From the IMG/VR virus record IMGVR_UViG_2706794685_000007: a DNA stretch of 64,000 bases, one strand, 5' to 3'. Under the pieces are notes generated by a model. The model was not told the DNA's origin and did not search any database. It saw only the letters and a list, made by a program, of their open reading frames with translations. Origin of the DNA: an uncultured virus (IMG/VR IMGVR_UViG_2706794685_000007) (lineage: Duplodnaviria > Heunggongvirae > Uroviricota > Caudoviricetes). Positions 8,585 through 18,800 of the stretch are shown in pieces (within the stretch, counting starts at the first letter, position 1; each line of letters opens with the position of its first letter). The position numbers and the translations under genes are program-made.

Positions 8585-11500
8585 TCAAAGTCGACCAATT
8601 CTTACCCTGAGTACATTATTGTCGTCGTAAACGTCGATTCTCTGCCCATTGATAACTAATCTCCCATTTCCTCCACTGTTACCGTTAATCTCAAGCGTTC
8701 CGTTTTTGCCAAATCTCCATCCGGCTCGTCCTCTTACGAAGTTTGTTGATTGTAAGTCACCTACCTTTGCGTTTGTGATAGTGCCATCTTTGATATAAGC
8801 ACCGTTCATATACGCAACGCTGTTTTCGATAACAAATGGCGTTGTGATCTTCCCATTAACATTGTTGACCAAACCAAATCGATCTGCCCGCACCAAAAAC
8901 TGAGAAAGCCCCGTTGTATCAATACCCAGCGCAATGCCCGCTACATACTTCTGCCCACCACTCGTTGAAGTTTCCATCTTCAATGTGTACGAGGTTGATA
9001 CTTTTCTATTAGCGTCAGCTATAGCAGAAGCCTGCTGCTGAATAACGGCAACATTTCCATCTACAGACGCTTTCAGTGTATCAATTCGTTTTCCTAGAGC
9101 GTTGTCTGCACTTGTTCTGGCCTTTGACTCTGACGTAATCGCTGCATTGATATAATTTGTTGTTTGCGACTGGAGATTAGTTACCCTTGTCGAAAGCGCT
9201 GCATCAGCATCAGTTCTGGCTTTCGTCTCTTCTGCTACAGCAGCCTTTATATCTTTACCTGTTTGTGTCTTTAGTGAGTTAATCTGCGACGTCAATGCGG
9301 TATCAGCGGCAGCTCTTGCTTGAGTTTCAACCGCAACAGCTGCACTTATATCCTTAGCAGTTTTTGTTTTAAAACTTGCCAAGTCTTTTGCAATGGCAGA
9401 ATCCTGACTTGTACGAGATGTCGATTCTCGCTCTATCGAGGACTGAAGATTATTAGCCCTCGTAGTAAGAGAAGAAATTTGTCTGGATAATGCATCGTTA
9501 GCGTCAGTTCTTGCTTTGGTTTCAACTGCTACCGCCGCTGCAATGTCTTTACCTGTTTTTGTTTTTAAACTACTAACTTCTCTTGATAGTGCACTATCGC
9601 CTGATGCTCTGGCTTCTCTTTCCTCATTAATAGCAGCTGATATGTCATCATCTACTTTTGCCTGCAATTGATTAATTTGTGTGGATAACGCTGAATCGCC
9701 GCTAACTCGCGCTTGTTGCTCACTTTTAATAGCAGCAGATATATCGTTATTAACTTTTGTTTGAAGTTGAGTTATTTGCCTTGATAATGCTTCATCTTGC
9801 GTTGCTCTTGTTTGTTGCTCTTCTCTAATAGCGGTTGAAATATCAGTATTTACTTTAGACTCCAGTTGTGTGATCTGCTTTGAAAGAGTCTCATTGGCCG
9901 ATGCTCTTGCAGATTGTTCGGTCCTTATTGCGGCACTGATATCACCTTCAAATTTACTCTGTAATTGTGTCACACGATTGGCTAACGCATTATCACCATC
10001 AGTTCTGGCTGTCGCTTCTTCGAGAATAGATGCTCGAATGTTGTCACCAATCTCGGCTCGTATCTCTTCAACCTTAGACGCCATTGCTGACACATCATCG
10101 ACAAGAATCTTTTGAGTCGTGGCAATTTTCGCGTTATTTACCAGCTGCCTGTGCTGATCTTCGTCCTGCCGCAACGCAAGATCGATATTTGTCTTAGAAA
10201 TGGCTTCAAGATTAGTTGTGATTTCTGAACTTACTCTTCCTACCTCAGCAACCGTTCTCCGCATTTCTTCTACAGCCGCAACACTTTCATCAACCGATGA
10301 TCTCATCGTTTCTATCTTTTTAGCATTCGCTAGATCTGCTTGTGCACGAACTTTACGCTCTTCGGCAATTAAAGATGATGCATTTTCAAGTGCCGCATTT
10401 GCTGCTTCTACGACACCAGCAACAGAATCACCTTGTTTTGATACTGTATTACGTAGTTCAATAAGTGCTGCATTTGAATTTTCAACTTGTCGTAATGCAT
10501 CATCTACTTTTTCCCGAGTGCTAGAAACTTCCGTTCTAAGCTCGCTTTGCGCATTCTCCAGTGTCTCGCTGCGTTCAGTAAACGATGTTTTGAACTCATC
10601 GATACTACTCGTTAGCTCCTTATTTAATGCGGAAATTTCACCTTCCAGAGATTCGACACTCTGATCGATATGATTATTGATTTCATCAACAGCTTGTTGA
10701 GAAGCCTTACTGTCAATTTCCTCATTTAAAGCCTGGCCAAGTTCTGACGAGGTAATTTTATTGGCTAAAAATGAAAGAACATCTCGCGTTGTGGCCTCTG
10801 TACCAAGATTTGAGTTTGGGCGACTCAACATGCCACGCTTATTTGCTGATCTAACCCAGTAATACCAAGTTTCACTATCCCCAAGACCAGCATGTGTAAA
10901 GGTGGTGCTTGCAGACTCTGCGATCAGTTTCGCCGTATCCAGATTGTTGGTCTGGGATGCGTAAACATTAATGTGATCAAGGTCTACCGAATCTGGATTG
11001 ACCCAATTCAGTATCACATTACGATAGTCCCCAACTGCCGTTAATGACGTTGGTGCATCCGGCGGTGTCATTGTGCCCAGCACCTGATAAACGGTACTGA
11101 TAATCTCTGTTTTTTTACCGTTGAATGAAACCGCATACAGTTGGAAGTCGTAGCGTCCATTCTCCGCGACATTAACGATTTCGTATTGCTCTTCGGTTAC
11201 ACGTGCCGATTGCCAGTTCGATACATTGTTTTCATCAGAACGTCGCCAACTGATCCAATACTCTGGAGATTTCCCTTCCCATGTTGCAGTCAGTTTTACT
11301 GACAGGTTGCCAGGGCTTGAGAGATAAGTCCCTTCAGTGATTTGCAAATTAGATGGCTTGGAGTAAGTCGGGTCCAATACCGTCGTATTCTGCGGGATAA
11401 GCGTTGCACCATTGTCGATTGCCTCATATTTAGACGGATTGTTCTCAACAGCGGTGATGTCAAAGCTACCCGACGTTTCCCCCTGAGCGATGTTAACGAT

Positions 11501-13297
11501 GCGAACGCGCATAGGTTCGAGATCTGGTTCTGTGATTGTCCATACACCGTTCAAAACAGGCGTTTCCGCTGACGACAGAGCTTTTGAAAACGTAACCTTT
11601 GTTATGTTTTCGCCAGTTTCAAGAACATCGCGTTCAACGATTTTGCCTTCCTGATTCAATATCCGAATAAAGCTGCCGCTTTTAGCTAACGACACAGGCG
11701 CATCGAGAGTGATGCTGTTTTTGGTAAACTCCACAATTCGACCGGAGTTACGTTTACCTGCACGATATTTGTTCTGAATCAGAACGGTTTCACCGGGCAT
11801 CAGAAATGAGGCGTCTAAACCGGCAGTAAATGTAATTACATCCGACTCCATTCTGGCGGTATACAAAAGCCACAAACCAACTCGGTGAGCTTGGCCTCGA
11901 CTTGTACATCCAAATGCTACGACTTCTGTTTTACGCTCACCATAACGGCGCATTGCGTCCTGATCTTCAACGTACTCAATGTTTTGCTTATAACCGTCCT
12001 CCTTGTTGTTGTAGGTCACGAGCGCAACGGATGGGCGATCTTTACGCGCAGAACCTTTATAGGTAAACAATCCATCTTTGACGTTCGAGTTGGTAAACAT
12101 CATTACTGGATCTGATGGGCTATCCTGCATGATGTTAACCATGCCACCAGCCCAAAACACCATGCCGCGGAATGCACCGGCAATATCCTGAATTAGTCGG
12201 TATGCATCCTGTCTACTGGTGATCTGCGTATTGATTGCAAAGCGTTTCTCTTTACCACCAAAGCCATCATCAACCTCTTCGTCACAATATCGACCGATCT
12301 GGTACAGTTGGCCGAGATCAATCATAGATTCCGACACATACTGACCAAGCCCATATCGAGAATTGGTAAGCAAGTCGAAGAGAATCCACGCAGGGTTTGA
12401 AGATGACAACAGCTTAAAAGAGCCATCCCATACGCCATCATAAGTGTTACTAGCCTCGTTGTAGTTTGATGGTACGCGAATTTTTAATCCCCGCACCAGA
12501 TAGGAACGAGAAGGCATAGAGCCGCCAAACTGCTCAGAATTAACCTTCAGTCCCACCAACACAGAGTTTGGGTAGTTCATCGGTGTATCAACGATCTCAC
12601 CGATTGAGTCCACCCATGTATCGTTATAAAGATACTGACCGCTGTTATCATCAGTAATACGAACTACTCGAACACTGTATGCCCGACCTGGCTTGGGTAA
12701 CTTCAGCTCATAACTACGATAATAAGCACCGGTTTTCTTCGCTGTTAACTTAATACCAACGTTTTTTTCACCTTCTGCGACCACATCTACAAATGTTGAA
12801 TCTCCATTTGAGATCTGGAACTTATACTCAACGGTAGTGCCGTTTGTATCACCCGTTTTTTGGTCTATTCTTCGCAGAGAAGGGAACTTCATGATGACTC
12901 GAACACGATCGGCCTCATCGTTATCTATTGAAACCGTCACATAATGCGATTTCTTTAGTTGGATATTGATCGATTTAGGTGTTTCGACGAAATCAAAGCC
13001 AGACATTGGTGTCTGGTCTTGCGAGCCGTCTCGAAAATCCCATGAAATTCCGCTAAAGTTTGAAGAGCCGTCTTCATTTACTATGGGCAAATCGTCGACA
13101 AAAATAGATCTTGCGCCATTTACCAAGCCGCCAATTACGCCTTCTCCAAGAAGATCGAGAATAGAGGCCATAGCACGAGAATTTACGGTATCGTCTGCTT
13201 CAACTGGTGTGCGACTAGAGCTTTTGCTACTTTTTTTGCCACCAGAACCTGCAATTAATAGAGGTAACTTTTTCTTCTTGAACTGTTCCATGCCCAA
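8585..13297 (-). CDS. Central tail fibre/tail tip protein J
   Basis: Lambda J-like N-terminus (SSNPAWILFDLLTNSRYGLG), FN3 domains, long coiled coil, C-terminal VYDDNNVLRVRIGRL. Confidence 0.92.
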   Translation of the reverse strand: MGMEQFKKKKLPLLIAGSGGKKSSKSSSRTPVEADDTVNSRAMASILDLLGEGVIGGLVNGARSIFVDDLPIVNEDGSSNFSGISWDFRDGSQDQTPMSGFDFVETPKSINIQLKKSHYVTVSIDNDEADRVRVIMKFPSLRRIDQKTGDTNGTTVEYKFQISNGDSTFVDVVAEGEKNVGIKLTAKKTGAYYRSYELKLPKPGRAYSVRVVRITDDNSGQYLYNDTWVDSIGEIVDTPMNYPNSVLVGLKVNSEQFGGSMPSRSYLVRGLKIRVPSNYNEASNTYDGVWDGSFKLLSSSNPAWILFDLLTNSRYGLGQYVSESMIDLGQLYQIGRYCDEEVDDGFGGKEKRFAINTQITSRQDAYRLIQDIAGAFRGMVFWAGGMVNIMQDSPSDPVMMFTNSNVKDGLFTYKGSARKDRPSVALVTYNNKEDGYKQNIEYVEDQDAMRRYGERKTEVVAFGCTSRGQAHRVGLWLLYTARMESDVITFTAGLDASFLMPGETVLIQNKYRAGKRNSGRIVEFTKNSITLDAPVSLAKSGSFIRILNQEGKIVERDVLETGENITKVTFSKALSSAETPVLNGVWTITEPDLEPMRVRIVNIAQGETSGSFDITAVENNPSKYEAIDNGATLIPQNTTVLDPTYSKPSNLQITEGTYLSSPGNLSVKLTATWEGKSPEYWISWRRSDENNVSNWQSARVTEEQYEIVNVAENGRYDFQLYAVSFNGKKTEIISTVYQVLGTMTPPDAPTSLTAVGDYRNVILNWVNPDSVDLDHINVYASQTNNLDTAKLIAESASTTFTHAGLGDSETWYYWVRSANKRGMLSRPNSNLGTEATTRDVLSFLANKITSSELGQALNEEIDSKASQQAVDEINNHIDQSVESLEGEISALNKELTSSIDEFKTSFTERSETLENAQSELRTEVSSTREKVDDALRQVENSNAALIELRNTVSKQGDSVAGVVEAANAALENASSLIAEERKVRAQADLANAKKIETMRSSVDESVAAVEEMRRTVAEVGRVSSEITTNLEAISKTNIDLALRQDEDQHRQLVNNAKIATTQKILVDDVSAMASKVEEIRAEIGDNIRASILEEATARTDGDNALANRVTQLQSKFEGDISAAIRTEQSARASANETLSKQITQLESKVNTDISTAIREEQQTRATQDEALSRQITQLQTKVNNDISAAIKSEQQARVSGDSALSTQINQLQAKVDDDISAAINEEREARASGDSALSREVSSLKTKTGKDIAAAVAVETKARTDANDALSRQISSLTTRANNLQSSIERESTSRTSQDSAIAKDLASFKTKTAKDISAAVAVETQARAAADTALTSQINSLKTQTGKDIKAAVAEETKARTDADAALSTRVTNLQSQTTNYINAAITSESKARTSADNALGKRIDTLKASVDGNVAVIQQQASAIADANRKVSTSYTLKMETSTSGGQKYVAGIALGIDTTGLSQFLVRADRFGLVNNVNGKITTPFVIENSVAYMNGAYIKDGTITNAKVGDLQSTNFVRGRAGWRFGKNGTLEINGNSGGNGRLVINGQRIDVYDDNNVLRVRIGRL

Positions 13298-13307
13298 AAA
13301 TCCTTGA

Positions 13308-13898
13308 TTACATAAGCTGGTCGATGGTGATAGAAGAACTCACGACCTGTGAGCCAACCAAAATTTCCTCACCATAGATAAGCTGTACAGGGTTGCCCTG
13401 GTTTGTTGTATTTTGAGGCCCATCAAAGTAAAAAGAGTTCGAATTATCAGCCTGTCTCACACTTTCGTTAGTGGCTTGTGGAGATATGATTTGCGCTATA
13501 CCGCCCATCATCAGTGACAAACCGAGAGGCGCAAGAGCGGGCACCCATATCGAGGCAACCATTAACACTGCTCCAACAACCGTCTGAAACCACCCAAAAG
13601 CAGATCCACCGCTTCCTCGCGGAACAGGGGTAATGCGGATTTTGGCAATGTTGTCAGACTGCCCCATCATCTGATATTCACTCTCGTCCACAGACCACTT
13701 GTGGCCCTGTTTATTGGTGATCTGGATGTGGTATCTGTCATAGGTTTTGATATTGCGCTTCATCCATGCTTTAAAACCAGGCTTATTGGCCTCAATTAAA
13801 TCCAGAGCCTGTTTTGTATTGCGCACCTTTAGATGCCAGTGGCGGCCAAAATGTTTGGCCATAGGGCCGCCAAGCTGCACATGAACTAACTCAGACAC
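13308..13898 (-). CDS. Tail assembly protein I
   Basis: NSFYFDGPQNTTNQGNPVQLIYGE motif; position between K and J. Confidence 0.88.
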   Translation of the reverse strand: MSELVHVQLGGPMAKHFGRHWHLKVRNTKQALDLIEANKPGFKAWMKRNIKTYDRYHIQITNKQGHKWSVDESEYQMMGQSDNIAKIRITPVPRGSGGSAFGWFQTVVGAVLMVASIWVPALAPLGLSLMMGGIAQIISPQATNESVRQADNSNSFYFDGPQNTTNQGNPVQLIYGEEILVGSQVVSSSITIDQLM

Positions 13899-14683
13899 GC
13901 CTCATCTCCCTTGAGCAAGTCTCTGTGACGCAAGTGATGCGTCGTATGTTTCTGATACATCCCGCCGTAATAAGCACGACAACTAAGGCGGTCGATCTGG
14001 TGATGAAGAATCATTCCATCGCCGATATAAACCGCGCAGTGGTCAGGCATTTTTCCGTATTGGATAAAGAAGACGTCCCCACGTTGAGGTTCTGTTCCGG
14101 GCGCAAGCCGTACCAATCCTTCGTTTCGGTAGTTCTGGTCGAGAATGTCGTTATCGCCGGTGTACCACGATGGAATATGCAGGTGTGCGTTCGGGTTTAG
14201 TTCGACGTTAAACTCACGCTTCAAATAGTCCCGACACAACATCCAGCAATCGAATACGCCAAATACATACGGTCTACCCAGGTATGGCATTTCGAAACCA
14301 TCAGGTGTGATCACATTCATCTCGCTAAAATGGAAAGGGGCATCTCCCTCAACATTCTTGCGAATAGCCAGAATCATCCACGGAACTTCCGTCGCTTCGC
14401 AGCCTGCACGATCGGCATCAGATGCTTCTGCTGATTCATCAGTATGTGAATGCCAGATTGCGATAACATCACCCGCATCCTCAGCCGCCATAATGTCGTC
14501 AACGTGCATTACAAAAGTGTTCTGCGGGTTCTCCGAAACATTCCGCGCTTCCATAAAGCGATATTTGTCGCCATTAGTTCTAACCAGAAAGCCACACGCT
14601 TCATTAGGGTAGCGATTTATGGCGCAGAGATAGATTTGCTGCATAACGTCAGAGCCAAGCTCAGGGATTGCTTTATTACCCAT
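13886..14683 (-). CDS. Tail assembly protein K (JAB + NlpC/P60)
   Basis: YPNEACG, WHSH, FGVFDCW, HCAVYIG motifs. Confidence 0.9.
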   Translation of the reverse strand: MGNKAIPELGSDVMQQIYLCAINRYPNEACGFLVRTNGDKYRFMEARNVSENPQNTFVMHVDDIMAAEDAGDVIAIWHSHTDESAEASDADRAGCEATEVPWMILAIRKNVEGDAPFHFSEMNVITPDGFEMPYLGRPYVFGVFDCWMLCRDYLKREFNVELNPNAHLHIPSWYTGDNDILDQNYRNEGLVRLAPGTEPQRGDVFFIQYGKMPDHCAVYIGDGMILHHQIDRLSCRAYYGGMYQKHTTHHLRHRDLLKGDEACLS

Positions 14684-15374
14684 ACCGCGTAGCTCCAATA
14701 AATCCGCCAAAATGGATCACACCGTCGGCAAAATAATTCCGACGCGCATTACAGGCGTCATAACGTTTTGTGCAGTAGTCCGCACCAGACATAGACGTCT
14801 GCTGGTTATTTTTGTCGAAATATGGACCGGTATAGCCGCATTCTGGCCCTCGATATTTCCACGGGCAGGTGTTTTTAATGATCTGACGATACGGCAGTTG
14901 CACCCCCATCAAATCGAACACACTGGACAATTCAAACTCGACAACCTGATGAGTTTCGAGAGTTTTCTGTTCGATAAACCACATTTCATCGGGGAAATGT
15001 TGGTTTGGATCTGCTGTTGGGTTGCCGTCTTTAAAATTAACGGCATCGAGGAAGCGAGCCAGCGTCATCTTGCGAATAATGCGGCAGCCAACAAGATCGT
15101 CGTTTGCCTGAACTTCCGCAGAGACGGTTCCGGCAAAGTTCGATACCTGAATTTTTGGACGTGGCAACGTTCCCTGGCCCGTTTTGTCAAAACCTGATGC
15201 TTTGATTGGCCACGGCTCGTATGTCACTCCTTGCCAGACGACCGGTTGCATCAGTTCGTTTGTTCCGGCGTGGAAGAATAGCTTCCCCCCTGAAGTTGTA
15301 TTCGACATATCCAGTACGAACAACTCAATGAGTGCAGAGGGAGATAAGCTCTGAATATCAGCTTTAATTCCCAT
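14676..15374 (-). CDS. Tail tip protein L
   Basis: CPWKYRGPECGYTG, CTKRYDAC and FGGFIG motifs; ATG 15374 has an RBS. Confidence 0.9.
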   Translation of the reverse strand: MGIKADIQSLSPSALIELFVLDMSNTTSGGKLFFHAGTNELMQPVVWQGVTYEPWPIKASGFDKTGQGTLPRPKIQVSNFAGTVSAEVQANDDLVGCRIIRKMTLARFLDAVNFKDGNPTADPNQHFPDEMWFIEQKTLETHQVVEFELSSVFDLMGVQLPYRQIIKNTCPWKYRGPECGYTGPYFDKNNQQTSMSGADYCTKRYDACNARRNYFADGVIHFGGFIGATRYG

Positions 15375-15456
15375 TGTTTCATCCTTGAAATAAGTAGGCG
15401 CTGACATCCTGTCAGCGCCACAATAATAGTAAATTAGCACTTACTTATCCAGATGC

Positions 15457-15792
15457 TTAAACCTCAAATACTTGTCTGAATGTAGCAGTTAAGACACAGT
15501 ACCCCTGATATCGCTTGACCGTATGACTGTCACATACAACTACAATCTGCTTGCCTCTTGGATTAACCCAATAGAACGATTCAACGCCTGATCGCTCAGT
15601 CAGGAAGTCATCGATTGCATTAATTTCGTTGTATGATCTGGTAAAGGTTAACGACCATTCTTCTTTAATACGATTAAGACCTTGAGCCTGTCGCTGCTCG
15701 TAGTCATCACCAAAATTAAGTACCGTTACATTCGGTTTTACGCTTTTTTCAGATTCGTAATCTGGATACCAATTAAACGTTTGTCTTTCCAT
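15457..15792 (-). CDS. Distal tail protein M
   Basis: FGDDYEQRQAQGLN, FLTERSGVESFYW, ATFRQVF. Confidence 0.9.
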   Translation of the reverse strand: MERQTFNWYPDYESEKSVKPNVTVLNFGDDYEQRQAQGLNRIKEEWSLTFTRSYNEINAIDDFLTERSGVESFYWVNPRGKQIVVVCDSHTVKRYQGYCVLTATFRQVFEV

Positions 15793-15834
15793 CTCACATC
15801 CTTGTGAGACTACCCCGGTCGGGGCAGTCGATAG

Positions 15835-18800
15835 TTAGTTACGTTGAGTGTTTGGGTTGAGTGATCCGCCAGGGCGTTTCTCTTGAGCGATAGTCTCAAG
15901 CGCGATTGCTTTCATCCGTTGAGCGGCATTGTTCCATATGCTTTCTGTATCGCCGGATTCAGTTGTGCTACCGTCACTATGGACGTTGATCTCAATTGAT
16001 ACCGGAGAAAGAACATTTCCTCCTCCACTCATACCATCGGTACTGAGCGTTACAGGGATTGTTCGACCATCAGGCAATGGAACATACGCCTCATTCATAT
16101 CGCCTTCCCCAAACAACGCCAATTGAGGTGAGTTGGCGATACCGCCTTTTTGGTATGCCCGGAGCGGGATCACGCCGTCTTTTCCGAATATTCCTCCATT
16201 TGCAAACTTCGGGATTGCAGGAATGCCTTTAGTTCCGTCAGCCACACTGCTGGTTGCGGTTTTAGCAGAGCTTGATGTCACGCTGTCGAAACCACCGCCA
16301 GCCCAAGCTGAAACAAGACCAGATGCAACCGTTGCTCCAAAACTCAACCACTTATTACCAGAGCCGGAAGCATTAGCTCCAAGCATTGCAAACGCGGCAG
16401 ACAGCGCGCCGGTAACAGAGCTGAGGTTCTGCATCGAGAAGATGGAGTCCTTCACGGCTTTTGTCTCGGCATCTTTGGCTTCAGTGCTATCAAATAGCCC
16501 TGATACCCAGCTACCAATCGCATTTGTTGCAGTGCCAATTGCGCTGGTGGTCTGCTGTGTTGTTTGCCCCAATCCAGTTACCGAACTGGACGTCTCCTTC
16601 GTGGCTTCTCCTACAGACTTGTCGCCGTTAACAGTGTTGCCCATTCGTACCCCTTGATTGGCAACGGCGGAAGCAACCCCGGTCAGCAAATTACCACTCT
16701 GTGAACTACCAGCTGCGGTGGTTCCCATCCCCAACATGTTCATTAGAGGCAGCGTGATCTGCGACTTCACGACCATATTGGTGATATCTTTCAAAATAGA
16801 CTGAGATAGGCTGGAGAAACTCATCTTCCCGTTAATAACGAAATCAGTCAGGACATCAGTTAAGCCACTAAACAAATCAGTCCAGGTGCTTTCGATCTGC
16901 TCTGCCAGGTTTTCGTATTCCAGTGCCAACTTCTGCGTCGCAGTCCCCGTCTCTTTAATAAGCGCGGTATTGCCAGCAGCAATCAGTTGATTGATTTTCT
17001 TTGTATAAAGCGCCACAACTTTAGGATCAGACGCCTTATCACGAAGTTCTATCAACGCTTTGAGATTGCGGTTGTAGGTGTCTTCGAAATCAGCAACTTT
17101 CTCTTCACGAGACGGCGTATAGCCAGCACTAATAATGGAATCCGACTCCGGTGCCCAGGTGGAGATCATCTGCTCAACATTGCGGCGATTAAACATCTCG
17201 CGATATTCAGGTGTCGCATTTTTGAGGTCTTCAAGACGTTTTTTCGCCTTGTCGATCATCTCTTGAGTGATGAACTCGTTAGGAACCGCATTAGCCAAAT
17301 CTGTCAGCGATTTCGTTGTATCGCGAAGAGACTGATCAAACGATACCGTAGCCTTAGAGCTTTCACCCATTTGCCCCATAAGCTGATCGGCTTTGTCCAG
17401 AGCCTTCTGGTATCCGGCTGCCAGTTTCTGTTGCGCTGCCTGTTCTTTCTTGGCCGCACGCTGCGAGGCATTAGCTGATCGTTGGGCTGCTTTTTCGGCG
17501 GCTGCTGCATCCTGTTCACGAGCTTTAGTCAGTGCAGCAATGGCTGCGGCACGCTCTTCATCGCTCATTTTCTCCAGAGAGCTGGCACTGGATGCTTTCT
17601 GCAAATTAAGCTGCGTCTTGAGTTGTTTAGGCCCAATAATCGGCTTACCTTCGAAGTCCATCATCGGAGTGCCGTCAGGCAAAGTACGCTGATAAGTCGC
17701 AGAATCCATCTGGTTTCGCATATATTGCGCCAACGCCTTCTGGGCAGCTTTATCAGTTGTACCTAACCCAAGAACAGTCCCCTGGTTTGACATTACGCCC
17801 TTACCAGTTTTGGCAGCGTTATCTCTCTCGAACTCTGCCTGAGTCAGTTCCTGAGCGACGACTTCCAAATTCTCCTGATAACCACGAATACTTCCTTGCA
17901 GTTTCTTGATCTGCTCGGTGTTTCCTTCCTTTTTCGCTTTTTCAAGCTGATCATTAAGAGTGGCTATTTGCCCCTCGACAGCATTCTTACGAGAAGAAAG
18001 TGAATCAACCAGTTTTTGCGCAGGCTCCAGATAGCTTTTGTTTACCGTTTCACGTAACGGTGCCAATAGCTTGTTCTTTTCGTCATCTGAAAGTGAACCG
18101 TCATCATTGATTTTCTGGATCTTATCCAGAGCCTCCTGCCGGGCTTTCACGAATGTTGCCGCAAAGTCTCTATTCTCTTCCCGTATTTTCTCTATCTGTG
18201 ATTCTGCCGCATCTTTTGCAAGACGTTTGGCTACAGCAATGTCTCCGCGTTCAATTGCCCCAGTAGTTTTATCGCGTTTCTTACGAAGGTCATTTAGCTC
18301 ATTTTCTATACGCTTACGTTCATCCTGATTAATCTTTACTGTAGTTCCGGCCATACCCGGCCCATAAACCACCTTTTCGCCAGATTTTAACTCTTGTTCC
18401 TTTTGCGTGATTTGTTGCTCAAGACGCGCTTTATACTCCGCCATCTGTGCACGTTTGGCCGCCGTCATCGCCTCTGGTATTTTCCTAATCTCGTCAACGA
18501 CCTTTGAAGTTTCGCTGCGGAGCATGGTCATGTACGTGATTAGGCCAGCAACAGCTACAGTGGCAACTGTAAATGCTGCCCCTATAGGATTTGCTGCAAT
18601 GAACGCCGTTAATCCAGCAAAAGCGCCTTTAAGCCCCGTAATCGCCCCACGGATGGCGAAAATAAGAGAGGGGATCGGAGCCAGCCCCATACGTGCCGCA
18701 CGATTGAATCGAGTTACTGCTGTAGCGCCGAGGTTAAATGGAGTCTGTATGGCGGTCGCCATCGTGGCAAAGGTGCTAACCATCTGGCTGCCTGCGCCAA

